Below, in pieces: positions 48,117 through 48,336 of a stretch of 48,336 bases of DNA (its first letter is position 1; the number at the start of each line of letters is the position of its first letter). The position numbers and the translations under genes are program-made. The notes beneath the pieces are model-generated. The model was not told where the DNA came from. It saw nothing but the letters and a program-made list of their open reading frames with translations, and made no database searches. The DNA comes from a virus (Duplodnaviria; Heunggongvirae; Uroviricota; Caudoviricetes), in IMG/VR virus record IMGVR_UViG_2874968258_000013; one strand, 5' to 3'.

Positions 48117-48336
48117 CTGCAAGCGCTCCGCAACGTTGAGCGAGATCGATAATTCGTCGCATTTCTCTCTCATCTGTAGATAATCCCGTAGAGGACAGAC
48201 CTGTGAGTAACCCGGCAACGAACGCATCTCCCGCCCCCGTGCTATCGACACAATTCACAGACATTCCAGCAAAATGGTGAACTTGTCCTCGATAACAGAC
48301 CACCACCCCTTCTGCACCTTTAGTCACCAACAGCAT
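48117..48336 (-). pseudogene. cscK: fructokinase gene cscK truncated by IS1 (5' part continues beyond window end)
   Basis: frame ...MLLVTKGAEGVVVCYRGQ...DLAQRCGALA runs into the IS1 terminal repeat; ribokinase-family GAGD motif. Confidence 0.8.

Overview
Enterobacterial (E. coli/Shigella-type) chromosomal window: yfdF-like 3' end, mlaA, yfdC and tRNA-Arg argW, followed by an argW-integrated, IS-riddled defective prophage. The prophage has a P4-type integrase (intS) next to argW and a complete lambda-like head/tail block on the minus strand (Nu1, A, W, B, C, D, E, FI, FII, Z, U, V, G/T with -1 frameshift site, H, M, L, K, I, J, lom, stf, tfa) with a cos site. It also has a phage-21-type lysis cassette (pinholin S, SAR endolysin R, Rz/Rz1) and a DLP12-like Q/nin region (ybcN, ninE, ybcO, rusA, ylcG, Q) with an nmpC-type porin gene. 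Mobile DNA is abundant: four IS1 copies (one split by a nested IS21), one IS2 with a 5-bp target duplication, and an IS3-family remnant abutting the int stop codon. The right end carries decayed csc sucrose genes (cscB with an in-frame TAA, cscK split by IS1) and an inverted 15-bp copy of the argW 3' end (att core). Gene order and IS1 junctions indicate IS1-mediated inversions. Unexplained low-GC cargo worth follow-up: a translationally coupled two-gene cassette (125-aa soluble protein plus 3-TM membrane protein) upstream of ybcN, and an AlpA-like regulator / 114-aa protein / 3-TM membrane protein module beside the att core. Protein identifications rest on recalled similarity to lambda, DLP12 and K-12 proteins; no database search was possible.
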